NCBI GenBank assembly: GCA_963707215.1
Contig: CAVPPB010000001.1
Coordinates: forward strand, 576,001-640,000
DNA length: 64,000 nucleotides
From: an uncultured Chloroflexia bacterium
GTDB taxonomy: Bacteria; Chloroflexota; Limnocylindria; Limnocylindrales; CSP1-4
Reading direction: 5' to 3'
Shown here: positions 8,839 through 18,429 of the stretch, piece after piece
How the letters are laid out: each line of letters opens with the position of its first letter
Numbering within the stretch: the stretch's first letter is position 1
Position numbers and translations under genes: made by a program
Notes under the pieces: model-generated
What the model was told of the DNA's origin: nothing
What the model saw: the letters and a program-made list of their open reading frames with translations, nothing else
Database searches by the model: none

Positions 8839-10158
8839 ATGTCTACCAACGAGCCGCAGGTCAACCTGCACCCCGATCCCGCCGCCCCGTCCGAGGCGGA
8901 TCCTGATCGAGCGAGCCAGGTCGCCGCGCCCCCCAGCGGGCTCGTGGTGCCGAGCGACGGCACCCTGTCCCGACGAGGATTCCTGGGCGCCGCGGCCGTC
9001 GCCGGAGGCGGAATCGTGGCCGCCACCGTTGCCGCCTGCACGCCGGCGGCCGGCGCCGGCTGGACCTTCGGTCCGACCTTCGTCCCGGGGGCAGCGGCCT
9101 CCCCCACCCCCGTGCCGTCGGCCGATGCCTCGGCCGCACCCTCGGCCGCGCCCAGCGCTTCCCCGGCGCCCAGCGGCCCACCGCTGCCGTCCGGCTGGTC
9201 GGAACATGACCTGCGAGCCCAGGAGAGGGTCCGCCGCTTCGTCGGCAACCTGGCCGGCCCGCTCGGCATGGGCGAGTTCCTCGACGACCCCCTGGGTCCG
9301 CCGACCGAGGACCCCGAGTTCACCAAGGTCCCCCAGGGCAACCAGCCACTGGAGCCCACGATCGACGGCGACACCAAGGTCTTCGACATCACGGTCGAGG
9401 AGATGGACTGGCCGATCGACGCCGAGCTTCCCCCGCTCAAGGCCCTCGGCTACAACGGCACCTGGCCCGGCCCGGCCATCAGGGTCACCGAAGGCGACAA
9501 GGTCCGCATCAACGTCAAGAACAACCTGCTCGAGACGACCGGCGTCCACTGGCACGGCCTGGAGCCGGAGGACTTCAAGCAGGACGGGATCCCCTTCGTG
9601 ACCCAGCTCCCGATCGTCCCCGGCCAGACCTTCACCTACGAGTTCGTGGCCCGACCCTTCGGATCGCACATGTACCACTCGCACCACAACGCGACCGACC
9701 AGGTGGGTCGCGGCCTTCTGGGCGCCTTCATCGTCGAGCCGGCAGACGTCGCCGAGTCCTACGCGCAGAAGTACGGCGTGACCCAGGAGGTCATCTTCAT
9801 CCACAACGACGCCCTCGGCGGCTTCACCATCAACGGCCACGGCTTCCCGGCCACGACGCCGATCGTCGCCAAGCTCGGCGAGAAGGTGTTGATCCGCTAC
9901 ATGAACGAGGGCACGATGATGCATCCGTGGCACACCCACGGGTTCCGCCAGCGGGTCGTGGCCCGGGACGGGGCCCCGCTGGGTGGCGCGGAGTTCTTCT
10001 GCGACACCCTGGGGGTCAACCCCGGCGAACGGTTCGACGCGATCGTGGATTGCGATCGACCGGGCGTTTGGGCCTTCCACTGCCACATCCTCCCCCACGT
10101 CGAGGGTCTCGACGGCATGTTCGGCATGGTGACGGCGCTCGTCGTCCTGCCCGAATGA
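8839..10158 (+). CDS. Tat-exported two-domain multicopper oxidase, probable lipoprotein
   Basis: SRRGFLG twin-Arg, VAAC lipobox-like, Pro/Ala/Ser linker; Cu motifs HWHG, MYHSH, HPWHTHG, HCHILPH..M. Confidence 0.9.
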   Translation: MSTNEPQVNLHPDPAAPSEADPDRASQVAAPPSGLVVPSDGTLSRRGFLGAAAVAGGGIVAATVAACTPAAGAGWTFGPTFVPGAAASPTPVPSADASAAPSAAPSASPAPSGPPLPSGWSEHDLRAQERVRRFVGNLAGPLGMGEFLDDPLGPPTEDPEFTKVPQGNQPLEPTIDGDTKVFDITVEEMDWPIDAELPPLKALGYNGTWPGPAIRVTEGDKVRINVKNNLLETTGVHWHGLEPEDFKQDGIPFVTQLPIVPGQTFTYEFVARPFGSHMYHSHHNATDQVGRGLLGAFIVEPADVAESYAQKYGVTQEVIFIHNDALGGFTINGHGFPATTPIVAKLGEKVLIRYMNEGTMMHPWHTHGFRQRVVARDGAPLGGAEFFCDTLGVNPGERFDAIVDCDRPGVWAFHCHILPHVEGLDGMFGMVTALVVLPE

Positions 10159-10175
10159 GCTGACCGGCAGGACCG

Positions 10176-10667
10176 ATGACGTCGACGGGACCCGAGTCAC
10201 CGCAAGGAGCCCCGGCCGGATCCGGCACGCTCCTGCTGGCGACCGACCTGTCGACGGCGTCGGCAGCGGCCACCGCCGCGGCCTTCGACCTGGCCGCCCG
10301 TCTCAGCTCGTCGCTCCTCATCGTCAGCGTCATCGACCCGGGTCAGCTGCGCCTGCCGGGTGGCCGATTCGGCTCGCGGGTCGACCAGATCCGGGCCCAG
10401 CAGGAGGCGGCCGCCCAGGAGCTCGTCGGGCGGGGTCGCCGCCTCGGCGTCTCCGTCGCGTTCCTGATCTGGGAGGGTGACCCGGGCGAATCGATCATCG
10501 AAGCCGCGACCGCGGAGCGGGTCGAGATGATCGTGGTCGGGAGCCACGGCCGGGGCGGGGTCGGTCGCGCCCTCATCGGGAGCGTATCGGACCACGTCGT
10601 CCGCCATGCGTCATGCCCGGTCCTGGTGGTTCGCCAGGACGTCGAGGAGGGACGCGTCGCCGGCTGA
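10176..10667 (+). CDS. Universal stress protein
   Basis: LLLATDLS; IVVGSHGRGGVGRALIGSVSDHVVRHASCPVLVVR. Confidence 0.95.
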   Translation: MTSTGPESPQGAPAGSGTLLLATDLSTASAAATAAAFDLAARLSSSLLIVSVIDPGQLRLPGGRFGSRVDQIRAQQEAAAQELVGRGRRLGVSVAFLIWEGDPGESIIEAATAERVEMIVVGSHGRGGVGRALIGSVSDHVVRHASCPVLVVRQDVEEGRVAG

Positions 10668-10741
10668 GCACCGGGTCGCTCCCAGGGCCGATCACCACGT
10701 CCGCCGGTCCGGTCGGACACCCGGCGGCCCGGGCCGCGGCG

Positions 10742-11524
10742 TCAGCCGGTGTACGCGCCCCCGGGATCGAGCTCCTCGCGGATGAGCCGGATCTCTTCGG
10801 CGGTAGGCGCCGGCGTCGTGGCCAGGTCCGGGGAGATCCGCGGCTCCCAGCCCATGGTGCCCCGGACCTCCTCGAGGGTCGCCCCCTCGTGGAGAAGGTC
10901 GAGCCGCATCTCGCCCTGCTCGTCGAAGTGGTAGATGCCGAGGTCGGTCACCACGACGGACGGGCCGCGGCCAAGCCAGCCCTGCTCGCGGCGGATCCGC
11001 TCGGCCTGCTCGGCCCCGCCGAGGTTCCCCGGCGAGGTCCGGAAGTCGATCCGCTCCACGAACGAGCGGGCCGACTGGCGCATGATCACGAAGACCTGGC
11101 GGGCGTTGATCGCGATCTCGCAGGCGCCGCCGCTCCCCGGCAGGCGCGTCCTGGGTGCCGCGTAGTCGCCGATGACGGTCGTGTTGATGTTGCCGAAGCG
11201 GTCGATCTGGGCCGCGCCGAGGAAGCCGACGTCGACCAGGCCGCCCTGGAGGTAGAAGGCGAACAGCTCGAACATCGAGGTCACGGCCGTGGCCCCGGTC
11301 ACGATCGTCGGGTCGCCGATGGAGAGCGGGAGACGAGCCGGCTGGGCGCCGAAGACGCCGGCCTCGTAGACGAGCTCGAGGTCGGGCGAGACGGTCCGCT
11401 TGGCCAGGTTCACGGCGATGTTCGGCAGGCCGACGCCGACGAAGCAGACCCGCTGCCCGGCCAGCTCGCGGGCGGCGGCGACGATCATCATCTCCGTCCG
11501 GGAGAAGCCCTCCGTGGCGGTCAT
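10742..11524 (-). CDS. Family I CoA-transferase beta subunit (glutaconate/3-oxoadipate type)
   Basis: FVGVGLP, YEAG, GAAQIDRFGNINTT, RLPGSGGA. ATG 11524 overlaps the alpha-subunit stop. Confidence 0.9.
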   Translation of the reverse strand: MTATEGFSRTEMMIVAAARELAGQRVCFVGVGLPNIAVNLAKRTVSPDLELVYEAGVFGAQPARLPLSIGDPTIVTGATAVTSMFELFAFYLQGGLVDVGFLGAAQIDRFGNINTTVIGDYAAPRTRLPGSGGACEIAINARQVFVIMRQSARSFVERIDFRTSPGNLGGAEQAERIRREQGWLGRGPSVVVTDLGIYHFDEQGEMRLDLLHEGATLEEVRGTMGWEPRISPDLATTPAPTAEEIRLIREELDPGGAYTG

Positions 11525-12435
11525 CGGTAGTCCCCGTAGTCGACGCTGCCGGAGGGCGCGTGGCCCGGCCGCAGGGCGGCCAGCCGCTCCTCGCCGAGCC
11601 TGGCCACGTAGGCGGCCCGACCATCGAGGCCGTAGACCCACTCGCGGAGCCACGCCTCGGTCGTGACCGGGTCTCGACTGATGGGATCCCAGTCGAGGTA
11701 GAACCGGTTGTCCCGGTCGTAGCTGCCCTGGACGTACGAGGGGTGGGCCCCCCATGGCTCGACGACCACCGCATCGACGATCAGGCCGGGGATGATCGTC
11801 CGGTTCGGGTCGGCCCTGATGACGGCCTCGTCGACGAGCTCTTCCACGACGACGATGACCCGCTCGGCGGCGAACGCCGCTTCCTTCTGGCAGCCGAGCA
11901 GGCCCCAGACCTGGGTGTCGCCGTTGGCCGAGGCCCGCTGGGCGTGGACGATCGTCACGTCGGGGCGGAGCGGCGGCACCGCGTAGACGACGCCCTCGCC
12001 GTACGGGGACTCCACCTGCCGGATCAGCGGGTTGGCCACCGGCAGATCCGTCTCGAAGTAGCTGCGGAGGGGGAAGAACGGGAGCCCGGCAGCGCCCGCG
12101 GTGTAGCGGGCGACCATGCCGAAGTGGCTGTACTCCTCCAACTCCAGCGATGCCTCGAGACCCTCGGTGACCCGCCGGATGGCATGGAGGCCGCCGACGC
12201 CGGGGTTCCCGAGCCAGCTGAAGACGAGCTTGCGGGCGACCCCGGCGGCGATCATCTGGTCGTAGATGACGTCGGGGGTCATCCGGGCCAGGACGAGGTC
12301 CCGTCGGCCCTGGCGGATGATCTCGTGCCCGGCCGCGAACGAGATGAGGTGGGTGAAGCCCTCGATGGCGACCGTGTCGCCGTCCCGCACGAGCTCCGCG
12401 ATCGCATCCCGCATCGAGGCGACCTTGTGGGTCAC
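11521..12435 (-). CDS. Family I CoA-transferase alpha subunit (GctA/CatI type)
   Basis: EGFTHLISFAAGHEIIRQ, GAAGLPF, PDVTIVHAQRA, GAHPS. Confidence 0.9.
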   Translation of the reverse strand: MTHKVASMRDAIAELVRDGDTVAIEGFTHLISFAAGHEIIRQGRRDLVLARMTPDVIYDQMIAAGVARKLVFSWLGNPGVGGLHAIRRVTEGLEASLELEEYSHFGMVARYTAGAAGLPFFPLRSYFETDLPVANPLIRQVESPYGEGVVYAVPPLRPDVTIVHAQRASANGDTQVWGLLGCQKEAAFAAERVIVVVEELVDEAVIRADPNRTIIPGLIVDAVVVEPWGAHPSYVQGSYDRDNRFYLDWDPISRDPVTTEAWLREWVYGLDGRAAYVARLGEERLAALRPGHAPSGSVDYGDYR

Positions 12436-12496
12436 GCCGCGTCCTCCTCCATGGGTCCGGTGTCGGGGCCGCTCGACCCCCGCCGAGCGGCCCGAG

Positions 12497-13858
12497 TCAC
12501 CCCGCCGACTCGGGCTCCTCGTCGAGCAGCCCCTCCAGGGCTGCCTGGTGGACCGCCTCGACGGACTCGCGGTGGTGGAGCGCGACCTCCTCGACGGCCT
12601 CGCCGAAGACCCGGATGGCGGTGGCCATCTCGTCCTCCGTCACCACGAGCGGCGGCGACATCCGCACCGCGTCGTCACCGGCCTCGAGGACGAGCAGGCC
12701 CCGGCGGAAGGCCGCCAGCTGGACGGCCTCGGCCGTATCGCCCGAGTCGAACTGGACGCCGATCATGAGGCCTCGCCCGCGGATCTCGCGGACGGCGCCC
12801 GGGAACCTGTCCAGCAGGTAGCCAAGGCCCTCGTGCGCCTGGCGACCCCGGTCCGCCGCATTCTCGATGAGGCCCCCCTCCAGCAGCGCCACGGTCTCCA
12901 TGAGCGCCGCCAGGGCGACCGGGTTGCCGCCGTACGTGGAGCCGTGCGCGCCGGGCCCCCAGTCCATGACCCCGGCCCGCGCGATCATCGCGCCGATCGG
13001 CATGCCCGAAGCGATGCCCTTGGCGGTCAGGAGGATGTCCGGCTCGACCCCCGAGTGCTCGACCGCCCACATGCGGCCGGTCCGGCCGGCGCCGGACTGG
13101 ACCTCGTCGGCGATGAGCAGGATGCCGTGGCGGTCGCAGAGCTCGCGCAGCCGAGGCAGGAAGTCGTCCTCGGGGACGACATAGCCGCCCTCGCCCTGGA
13201 TCGGCTCGACGATGACGGCGGCGAACTCCTCGGCCGGCATGAGGCGCTTGAAGACGCGCGACTCGATCTCGTCGAGGCCGGCGTTGCCGAAGGGGACGTG
13301 GTAGACGCCCGGCAGCAACGGCCCGAAGTGGGCGTGGTACTTGGCCTTGCTGGCCGTCAGGCTGAGGGCACCGTAGGTCCGCCCGTGGAAGGCGCCCAGG
13401 AACGCGATCACGTTCGGCCGACCGGTGTGATAGCGCGCCAGCTTCAGGCCCGCTTCGACCGCCTCGGCGCCGCTGTTGCCGATGAAGGTCCGGACCGGCC
13501 GCGACATCGGGGCGATCCGGGCGAGCTCGGCTGCCGCCTGGGCGTAGATCGGCAGGTAGAAGTCCGACGCGCTGAAGTGGATCAGGGACTCGGCCTGACG
13601 GGCGATGGCGGCGCTGATCCGTGGATGGGCGTGGCCGGTGGAGTTGACGGCGATCCCGGCGGCGAAGTCCAGGAAGAGGTTCCCGTCGATGTCCTCGACC
13701 GTGCAGCCCTCGCCGCGGACGGGGACGATCGGGTAGGCCCGTGGCAGGCTCGGGCTGGTCCAGGCGTGATCGAAGTCGATGTGGGCGCGAGCCTTGGGCC
13801 CGGGCAGCTCGGTCACGATGCTCGGCACGGGACGCGCCTGCACGACGGGTGCGGTCAC
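12497..13858 (-). CDS. Class III PLP aminotransferase (GabT/DavT-like)
   Basis: DFAAGIAV, NSGAEAVE, FHGRT, EPIQGEGG, DEVQSG, AKGIASG, STYGGNP. Confidence 0.92.
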   Translation of the reverse strand: MTAPVVQARPVPSIVTELPGPKARAHIDFDHAWTSPSLPRAYPIVPVRGEGCTVEDIDGNLFLDFAAGIAVNSTGHAHPRISAAIARQAESLIHFSASDFYLPIYAQAAAELARIAPMSRPVRTFIGNSGAEAVEAGLKLARYHTGRPNVIAFLGAFHGRTYGALSLTASKAKYHAHFGPLLPGVYHVPFGNAGLDEIESRVFKRLMPAEEFAAVIVEPIQGEGGYVVPEDDFLPRLRELCDRHGILLIADEVQSGAGRTGRMWAVEHSGVEPDILLTAKGIASGMPIGAMIARAGVMDWGPGAHGSTYGGNPVALAALMETVALLEGGLIENAADRGRQAHEGLGYLLDRFPGAVREIRGRGLMIGVQFDSGDTAEAVQLAAFRRGLLVLEAGDDAVRMSPPLVVTEDEMATAIRVFGEAVEEVALHHRESVEAVHQAALEGLLDEEPESAG

Positions 13859-13916
13859 GGATCCTCCTCGGGAACACGCCCCACCGGCCCGCGGTCGCCC
13901 GCCGGATCGCCGAGGC

Positions 13917-13950
13917 GCATAGGTCTTATGCAGATTGCATAGGGAGTATA
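13917..13950 (-). promoter_or_regulatory. Probable aminotransferase promoter with overlapping palindromes
   Basis: TATACT -10 on the minus strand (13945-13950), followed by TATGCA-GAT-TGCATA (13927-13941) and GCATA-GGTCT-TATGC (13917-13931). Confidence 0.5.
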
Positions 13951-14078
13951 GCCGGCCGCCGGTGCTCCTCGAGGGCCGGCCGTCACCTGAAGGTCACCCT
14001 CGGCGTGCCCAGCAGCCCTCGATCGGATGGGCCGGATGGGCCTGCGGCGGGCACCGGCGTCGCGCTAGCGTCCGTCCC

Positions 14079-14435
14079 GTGCTCACCGTCGCGGCCGGCT
14101 ACGCCATCCTCGTCGCCATCATGGTCATCGGCCTGTGGGTCGGCTCGCTCCTCCGGGGAGCGGTCCCCGAGCTGGCGACCGAACCATGGGAGATCCGCTT
14201 CCACATCGCAGCGGAGACCGGGATGGCGGCGCTGCTGGCCGTCGGCGGGCTGCTGGCCCTGGCCGGCGCGCCCGGCGCCGAAGGCCTCCTGCTGCTGGGT
14301 CTGGGAGCGGTCCTCTACTCGGTCGTCAACAGCTCCGGTTACTACGCCCAGCGGGGCCAGGTCGCGCCACTGTTGCTCTTCGGGATCCTCCTCGCGGTGA
14401 CCGTCGCGATCGCGATCGCGCTCATCGTCGCCTGA
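14079..14435 (+). CDS. Small four-helix membrane protein of unknown function
   Basis: Four hydrophobic segments, FHIAAE and NSSGYYAQ motifs. GTG 14079 lies 7 nt after TAGCGT. Confidence 0.75.
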   Translation: MLTVAAGYAILVAIMVIGLWVGSLLRGAVPELATEPWEIRFHIAAETGMAALLAVGGLLALAGAPGAEGLLLLGLGAVLYSVVNSSGYYAQRGQVAPLLLFGILLAVTVAIAIALIVA

Positions 14436-14438
14436 CGG

Positions 14439-14470
14439 AACGACGCCCGGCCGTCGGGCCGGGCGTCGTT
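14439..14470. terminator. Hairpin terminator between convergent genes
   Basis: Perfect 14-bp stem AACGACGCCCGGCC-gtcg-GGCCGGGCGTCGTT. Confidence 0.75.
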
Positions 14471-14490
14471 GCTCGCGGGTGGTGCGCTGG

Positions 14491-16071
14491 TCAGTCGACG
14501 ACGGTGTGGCTCTGCTCCCGCAGGAACTGGGCGACGTAGTACATGCTCAGACCGCTCTTGCCCGTGGAGCCGGAGCCCTTCCAGCCGCCGAACGGCTGCT
14601 GGCCCGGCCAGGCGCCGGTCGTGGCACCAGCCCGCCGGTTCACGTACAGGACGCCGGCCTGGATCTCGTCGAGGAACCGCTGGACCTCGGCCGGGTCCTC
14701 CGAGTAGACCCCCGCCGTGAGGCCGTAGAGATTGTCATTGGCCAGGGCCAGGGCCTCGTCGAGCGAGTCGACCGGGTGGACCGCGGTGAAGGGGGCGAAC
14801 AGCTCGTCCTGGAAGAGACGGTGGTCGGCCGAGAGGCCCCCGACGACCGTCGGCTCGACGTAGAACCCGCGGGCCATGTCGCCATCCGTCAGGTGCTCAC
14901 CGCCGATGTAGACGGTCCCGTCACGGCGGGCCTCGGCAACGGCCTGCGACCAGCGGTCGACGGCCCGCCCATCGATGACGGGGCCCAGGAAGACCTCCCG
15001 ACGGAGCGGGTCGCCGATGACCAGCTTCTCGGTCTTCTCGACGAGCAGACGGATCAGCTCGTCGTGGACGGAGCGGTCCACGTAGACACGGCTGTTCGCC
15101 GAGCACTTCTGACCGCCGAAACCGAAGGCCGAGCGGACGATGCCGTCGGCCGCCTCGTCCAGGTCGGCCGAGCGGGCCACGATGGCCGGATTCTTGCCGC
15201 CCATCTCCACGATGCAGGGCCGCGGGTAGCGGGTCGAGAAGGTCCGGTAGAGATCGAAACCGACCTCGTAGGAGCCGGTGAAGACGATCCCGTCGATGCC
15301 CGGGTTCTCCCGCAGCTCCGCCCCGACGGACTCGCCGGGTCCCATGACCAGGTTGATGGCCCCGTCGGGGACACCCGCGTCACGGTAGGCCTCCATGAGC
15401 GTGATGGCGCTCATGGAGCTGGCCGTCGCCGGCTTGAAGACGACCGTGTTGCCGGCCAGGAGGGCCGCCGACGAGGGACCGGCCGCCAGGGCCATCGGGA
15501 AGTTGAACGGGCTGATGACCGCGAAGACGCCGTGCGGGCGGAGGATCGAGCGGGTTTGGACGCCCTCGACGCCACCGTTGTCCATCGGGTGGTCGTAGTA
15601 GTCGTTGTCCTCGGCCGTCTGGCAGTAATAGCGGATCAGGTCGGCCGACTCCTCGACCTCGCCGAGCGCCTCGAGGCGGCTCTTGCCGACCTCGATCGCC
15701 ATCAGCGCGCCGTACTCCATCTGCCGCTCGCTGATCAGATCGGCCGCCCGCCGGAGGATGGCGATGCGCTCCTCCCACGGGGTCGCGGCCCAGGCCGGCT
15801 GGACGGCCCGGGCGGCCGCGATGGCATCCACGACGTCGGCCCGGGTCCCTCGGGCGAAACGGCCGACGAGGATGTCCGTGTCGATCGGCGAACGGAGCTC
15901 GGACTCGCCGTCGCCGCCGCGCTGGCGGCCGCCGATGAAGTTCTGGTGGCTCTTGCCGAGGCGAGCCCGCGCCCGCTCGAGGCCCTGGTCGTAGGCGGCG
16001 TGGAGCTCCTCGTTGTCGGCCCGGAGCGTGGCGTAGGTGATCTTGATCCGCGGACGCGGGTCGGTCGTCAT
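14491..16071 (-). CDS. Aldehyde dehydrogenase (P5C-dehydrogenase-like clade)
   Basis: SPFNFP, FTGS, EMGGKN, GQKCSA, ELFAP, YGLTAG, QPFGGWKGSG. Start MTTDPRPRIKITY. Confidence 0.92.
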   Translation of the reverse strand: MTTDPRPRIKITYATLRADNEELHAAYDQGLERARARLGKSHQNFIGGRQRGGDGESELRSPIDTDILVGRFARGTRADVVDAIAAARAVQPAWAATPWEERIAILRRAADLISERQMEYGALMAIEVGKSRLEALGEVEESADLIRYYCQTAEDNDYYDHPMDNGGVEGVQTRSILRPHGVFAVISPFNFPMALAAGPSSAALLAGNTVVFKPATASSMSAITLMEAYRDAGVPDGAINLVMGPGESVGAELRENPGIDGIVFTGSYEVGFDLYRTFSTRYPRPCIVEMGGKNPAIVARSADLDEAADGIVRSAFGFGGQKCSANSRVYVDRSVHDELIRLLVEKTEKLVIGDPLRREVFLGPVIDGRAVDRWSQAVAEARRDGTVYIGGEHLTDGDMARGFYVEPTVVGGLSADHRLFQDELFAPFTAVHPVDSLDEALALANDNLYGLTAGVYSEDPAEVQRFLDEIQAGVLYVNRRAGATTGAWPGQQPFGGWKGSGSTGKSGLSMYYVAQFLREQSHTVVD

Positions 16072-16139
16072 CGGGACTCCCCTGCTGTACATGGGTCGAC
16101 GGCGGCCGCCACCAGGCGGCCGACTTGGGGATCGCGGAG

Positions 16140-17093
16140 CTAGTCTAGCGCCCCCACCAGGGCCGCCAGTGAGGGCGCGATGGCATCGGGGCGAGTGCCA
16201 CTGCGCCTGCCGGCGAGGGCCGCGACCTCGTCTGCTCCGTGCTTGCCGGTGAGGACGAGGATGCCCCGCAGGCCGACCCGCTGGGCGGCCCCGACGTCGG
16301 CGACGAGGTCGTCGCCGACCATCGCCACGGAGGCCGCAGGAAGGCGTCGCAGACCCAGGTCGCCGGCGAGGGATCGGACAGCCTGGCGGAAGACGACCGG
16401 TGACGGTTTGCCGCAGAGGACGGCCCGCCGGCCGGTCGCGTACTCGAGCCCTGCGACGACGGCCCCCGAGTCGAGCGTCTCTCCTCGCCGAGTCTGCCAC
16501 CAGGGGTTCCGGTGCATGGCGACCAGCTCGGCGCCACGGCGGACAGCCCGGAACGCAACGTCGAGGTGCCCGAAGGGCAGGTCGTCGCCAGCGTCCCCGA
16601 TCACCACCGCGGCCACGCCTCCCTGGAGCTCATCGACGGCAGCGACGTCGATGAGCCGCTGGCCCGCGAACTCGCGGAGCGCATCGGCGGCGCCGATCAC
16701 CAGCAGGGATCGACCCGGGTGCCGGGTGGCCGTGTAGGCGGCCGCCGCCGAGGCGGCCGTGACGATGCGCTCGGGCGAGAGCTCGATGCCGTCCGACGAG
16801 AAGCGGGCGGCCAGGGTGTCTCGGTGGGCCGAGGAGAAGTTGGTGACGATCCGGTACGGGATCCGCAGGGCTTCGAGCCGGCCGATGGCCGCCATCGAGC
16901 CCGGGATCGGAGCGCCGACCCGGACCAGGACCCCATCGGCGTCGAGCACGAGAGCGCGGACGCCGTCGAGCGCCCGCCGGATCGTCGCCGGGTCGTCGGC
17001 CACGAGAAGGCGCTCCTGGGGCAGCTTCGGGCCGAGCGCCGCGAGCCCACCGGCCGAGCGCCGCGAGCCCGCGGTCGCCTCGAGGTCATCCAT
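16140..17093 (-). CDS. HAD-IIA family hydrolase
   Basis: [30 protein letters not shown]. Confidence 0.88.
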   Translation of the reverse strand: MDDLEATAGSRRSAGGLAALGPKLPQERLLVADDPATIRRALDGVRALVLDADGVLVRVGAPIPGSMAAIGRLEALRIPYRIVTNFSSAHRDTLAARFSSDGIELSPERIVTAASAAAAYTATRHPGRSLLVIGAADALREFAGQRLIDVAAVDELQGGVAAVVIGDAGDDLPFGHLDVAFRAVRRGAELVAMHRNPWWQTRRGETLDSGAVVAGLEYATGRRAVLCGKPSPVVFRQAVRSLAGDLGLRRLPAASVAMVGDDLVADVGAAQRVGLRGILVLTGKHGADEVAALAGRRSGTRPDAIAPSLAALVGALD

Positions 17094-17161
17094 CGAGCGG
17101 GATGGTACCGTGCGGTGACCCGCGCCCGGAGGGGTCGGCGCGCGGCGAGGGAGGCCGACGG

Positions 17162-17953
17162 ATGGGACTGCTCGACGGGAAGAGGGCGCTGATCTTCGGC
17201 GTGGCCAACGACCACTCGATCGCCTGGGGCATCGCCCGGGCGCTCCACGCCCATGGAGCGGTCGTCGGGTTCTCCTCGATCGAGTCGCTCATCGAGAAGC
17301 GGGTCCGGCCGCTCGCGGAGCAGCTCGGGTCGACCTTCGTGGAGCCGTGCGACGTCCGCTCGGACGAGGAGATCCGGTCGGTCCTCGAGCTCTGGGGCCA
17401 GCGCCACGGCGAGCTCGACATCGTGGTCCACGCGCTCGCCTTCGCCAAGCGGGAGGATCTCGCCGGCCAGTTCGTCGACACTTCGCGGGACGGCTTCGCC
17501 CTCGCCCTCGACGTCAGCGCCTACTCGCTCGTCGCCCTGGCACGCGAGGCCCGCCCGTTGCTCCGCTCGGGTGGCTCGATCATGACCCTGACCTACTACG
17601 GGGCCGAGAAGGTCACGGCCAACTACAACGTGATGGGCGTTGCCAAGGCGGCCCTCGAGGCATCGGTGCGCTACCTCGCAGCCGACCTCGGCCCCGAGGG
17701 GATCCGGGTCAACGCGATCAGCGCCGGCCCCGTGCGGACCCTAGCGGCGGCCGGCGTGGCCGGCTTCAAGCGCATGTACGGCGCCTTCGCCGAGGTCGCC
17801 CCGATGCGCTCGAACATCTCGATCGACGACGTCGGGGGCACGGCCGTCTGGCTGGCGTCCGACCTCTCGCGGCAGGTGACCGGCGAGATCATCCACGTGG
17901 ATGGCGGCTTCAACATCCTCGGCGTCCCGACCGTCGAGGCCGCCGGCTCCTGA
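17162..17953 (+). CDS. fabI: Enoyl-ACP reductase
   Basis: [49 protein letters not shown]. Confidence 0.95.
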   Translation: MGLLDGKRALIFGVANDHSIAWGIARALHAHGAVVGFSSIESLIEKRVRPLAEQLGSTFVEPCDVRSDEEIRSVLELWGQRHGELDIVVHALAFAKREDLAGQFVDTSRDGFALALDVSAYSLVALAREARPLLRSGGSIMTLTYYGAEKVTANYNVMGVAKAALEASVRYLAADLGPEGIRVNAISAGPVRTLAAAGVAGFKRMYGAFAEVAPMRSNISIDDVGGTAVWLASDLSRQVTGEIIHVDGGFNILGVPTVEAAGS

Positions 17954-17955
17954 CG

Positions 17956-18402
17956 GTGGGCTTCCTCCGCCGGCTGCTCGGTCCGCGAGAGCCCGCCGAC
18001 GCGGACGAAGGCGGGGCCGCGAAGGGGGATCCCCGCCTCGAGGACGACCCTGCCAGGGCCCGGGAGCTGACCCGTGGTTTCGACGCCGGCCTGGACGATC
18101 TCGCCCAGCGGCAGCTGCGCTACGCCGACCTGGCCTGGCGGCCGCCGTCCCAGCTGCGGCGCGAGGGCGACTGGATCCTCATGGAGCGCTGGGAGGCCCG
18201 TCGCGAGGACGGCCGCACCGTCACCCTGAAGTCAGGAGAGCGCCTCACCTACGTCGGCGACGGCCTGGGCTGGCCGGGGTCGGTGCGGTTCTCGACCGCG
18301 AAGGGCGTCCTCGTCGACCTTCCTCCGGGTCATGGCCAGGACGGCTGGCCCGACGACCTCCAGAGGCCGCGGTCGCCGACAGCCGGGTCCGCGGACGACT
18401 GA
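17956..18402 (+). CDS. Hypothetical protein
   Basis: GTG 2 nt after the fabI stop (MGFLRRLLG...); codon usage matches the host; fills the gap. Confidence 0.6.
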   Translation: MGFLRRLLGPREPADADEGGAAKGDPRLEDDPARARELTRGFDAGLDDLAQRQLRYADLAWRPPSQLRREGDWILMERWEARREDGRTVTLKSGERLTYVGDGLGWPGSVRFSTAKGVLVDLPPGHGQDGWPDDLQRPRSPTAGSADD

Positions 18403-18429
18403 GGCGGCCCCCTTGCCGGCGCGGGACGG

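Noticed and set aside
8839-10158. Copper nitrite reductase NirK
   Set aside because: Domain 1 has YHSH rather than YHC, and the type-1 site is in domain 2.
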